DNA from: the human T2T-CHM13v2.0 reference genome, Homo sapiens
Assembly (NCBI RefSeq): GCF_009914755.1
Contig: NC_060925.1
Strand: one strand, 5' to 3'
DNA: 64,000 nucleotides
Below the pieces are notes generated by a model. It saw only the letters and a program-made list of their open reading frames with translations, was not told where the DNA came from and ran no database searches. This document shows, piece by piece, positions 61,276-64,000 of the stretch (its first letter is position 1; every line of letters starts with the position of its first letter). A program made the translations under genes and the position numbers.

Positions 61276-63610
61276 TTTCCTAACAGCTTTTTAGTATCCA
61301 TCCCTTAAATAAGAATGAGAAACGAAGGATCATTAGACATTTGAGAAAAGTGCCTAACATGAAAATAGAGAATTACCAGCAAAAAGAAACAAAGAGGCAG
61401 AAGTGAAAGATTGTGCTGAAGAAACACAGAAAGAGAAGAAAACAAACAAAAAATTCTAATATATATCCTCAGTAAGATAAAACCCTACATGCATCAATCA
61501 GGAACCAGATACTGTGTTGTAAAAAGAAATAAAAAGGGACGGAAAGGAGGGAGGTAAGGGAGGGAATAAATGGCAGCCCAGAAAACAATTCAAGAGCTCT
61601 TACATTTAAAAGAAAAATAGGATCCCTCAAATGGAAAATGTAATAAGAGATTTAGAAGATACAGCTGAGAGTATCACCCAGAAAACAAAACAATAAAAGA
61701 TGAAAATCTGTCAAGAAAAAACTTAGAAAATTAGAGGATAAAATGATAAAGTCTAATATCCAACTAAGGACTTCAGAAAAAAAAGAAATGGGAAAAAAAA
61801 AAAAAACAGAAATAAGAAAATAATTCCAGAAAACTTCCGGGAATTAAAAACATGAGTTTGTCTATAAAGACCTGCCAAGTGCCCAGCAAAGCAAAGGAAA
61901 ACAGATCTAGATCAAGGAAAAATGTCAGAACATAAAGGCCAAAGAGAAGACCGTGAAAGCTTCCTGAGGGCAACACATTACCTACAAAAGATCAAGATCA
62001 AGAATCATAACGAGGCAGGCTGTAACATCAGCAGTCATAACACATAAGGAGGAATGCCCCCAGAGTTTCTACGGACAACTGTTCCAACCTAGAATTCCAT
62101 GCCCAGCCACACTCACCAAATTGTAAGGGTAGAATAAAGCTATCTCTTGGCATTCAAAGAAAGCTAACCTCTGAACCATCCTTTCTTGGGAATCTACTAG
62201 AAGATGTGCTCCACCAAGAAGGGGTAAACCAAGAAAGAAAATGACATGAAAGGCACACGACAGAGACTCAAACCCAAGAGAGAAGCCAAGAAAGGTCCTA
62301 GGAGGATGGCCAAGGGCCCTCCCAAGATGCCAGCCAGGCAGCAGCCCACAGGAGCAGCAGCCAGCCCAGACAGAAGTAGGTCAGGGGCCCTGGGAGAGGC
62401 ATCTTAAGATGACAAGAGTGATAGTGAACCTGATGTGTTGGTTGTATTGTGAAAGAAAAAAGGGAATCATGGGAAATAGTATGGGTCAGCTTTGAGTAAC
62501 TTTTTCCATGGGCACAATACGGTACATACTAATTATGAATCCAACAAACTCTATGAGGATTGTATTGTGCAGGTGTGGAGATGGGCCGTGTGTGTGTGGG
62601 TGAGGAGAGCAGTAAAAAAGAATTAAAGTCAATAGATAATGTTAAAAACTGAAAAAAAACAATCACATGTCAATAAAAGCCATGTTACTTGGAGATACAG
62701 AAATAAATACCAAAGGAAAAACCAGGGTGTTATGTATGGCATAGGGCTGATGTGCTTTTGTAATAAGTCAGACAGAACTACGTGATTCTATGTGCATCTA
62801 TGGCTTCAGGGAAAGTAAAAAATTTTATATTTTATAGAAACTCAAAAGAGTGCTCATTGCACTAGTATTTAAAACCATCCACTTAAAAACCAGGATATTT
62901 AATCTTGTGCAAGCAACACAGGAGTCAAGAGGGCCTTACGGGTAGGAGCAAAACAAAAGATGCTGCGATTGAGTCCTGAAAGCAGAAAACATCCTTTCTT
63001 CTTCCTGATGCCTAAACCAGAAACGTTAGCAGGGAAGAAATAACTGAGAGGACGCTATATTTAAGGAAACCAAAATAATCATGAACTCAGAGCTTACCTG
63101 AGCTGGTAAATACAGGCACCATCCATATCACAACGCTGCCTAAAAATTGTATTTATATTGCATGCAAATATTTGACAACTCCATCACAAACAATAAAAGA
63201 TCGGGGAGAGAAAAGCCATTTAGCCTGATAAAGTACATCTCAATTTAGCTAGCAGATCAGTACCCACAGGAATAATCTGGAAGGCATGTTCCCTACCCCC
63301 TCCACCTTCTGTTATTTGCATTTCTAGCAGTGATCACTGAAGCATCAGGATTTGTGGGGATTCACAAGTAACATCATGATGGGAGGAGGCAGCCCTGCCT
63401 CCGATGATGAGCTGAAAATAGCTGAAGATGGTAAAACCAAGAGCAAAGCAACCCGGCTCATAGCCGAAATTTCATCTCCTCCTCAGCCTCTCACAGAGAA
63501 GCCAGGAAGAGTCTGATTGGCTTGCAATCGGGTAAACAAAAATAAACACATAAATGAATAAAGTCACTGATCCTGAGCTTCCGTTTTTTCATCTATAAAA
63601 CTGAGATTAG

Positions 63611-64000
<390 letters not shown>

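Larger units (their letters stand above)
59500..62450 (+). mobile_element. two HAL1/old L1 ORF1-like fragments (about 59500-60330 and 61300-62450)
   Basis: A-rich degenerate ORF1-like text similar to 13400-14050. Confidence 0.55.

Overview
Human (primate) genomic DNA, recognisable from the encoded proteins as the RAB4A / SPHAR / CCSAP locus (1q42). The + strand carries RAB4A exons 2-8; exon 1 and the promoter lie upstream of the window. Intron 5 is a GC-AG intron, the stop codon is in exon 7, and the non-coding exon 8 contains the intronless 63-codon SPHAR ORF. The - strand carries the last two coding exons and a ~4.2 kb 3'UTR of CCSAP, converging on RAB4A across ~15 kb; CCSAP's 5' exons are beyond the window end. 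The rest is mostly interspersed repeats: about 30 Alus, old L1/HAL1 and L2 fragments, one young L1PA 3' end, MIR, MER2, MER5, MER3/33, Tigger4 and MER21 LTRs. Nearly all other ORFs in the track are repeat-derived noise. I see no new gene family. The most unusual signals are (1) a 41-bp copy of the distal CCSAP poly(A) site inside the loop of a 36-bp inverted repeat 1465 bp away, differing only at the UGUA motif, and (2) a strong 5' splice site re-created at the RAB4A exon 6/7 junction, whose use would replace the prenylated tail. Repeat subfamily names and boundaries were assigned by eye and are approximate.
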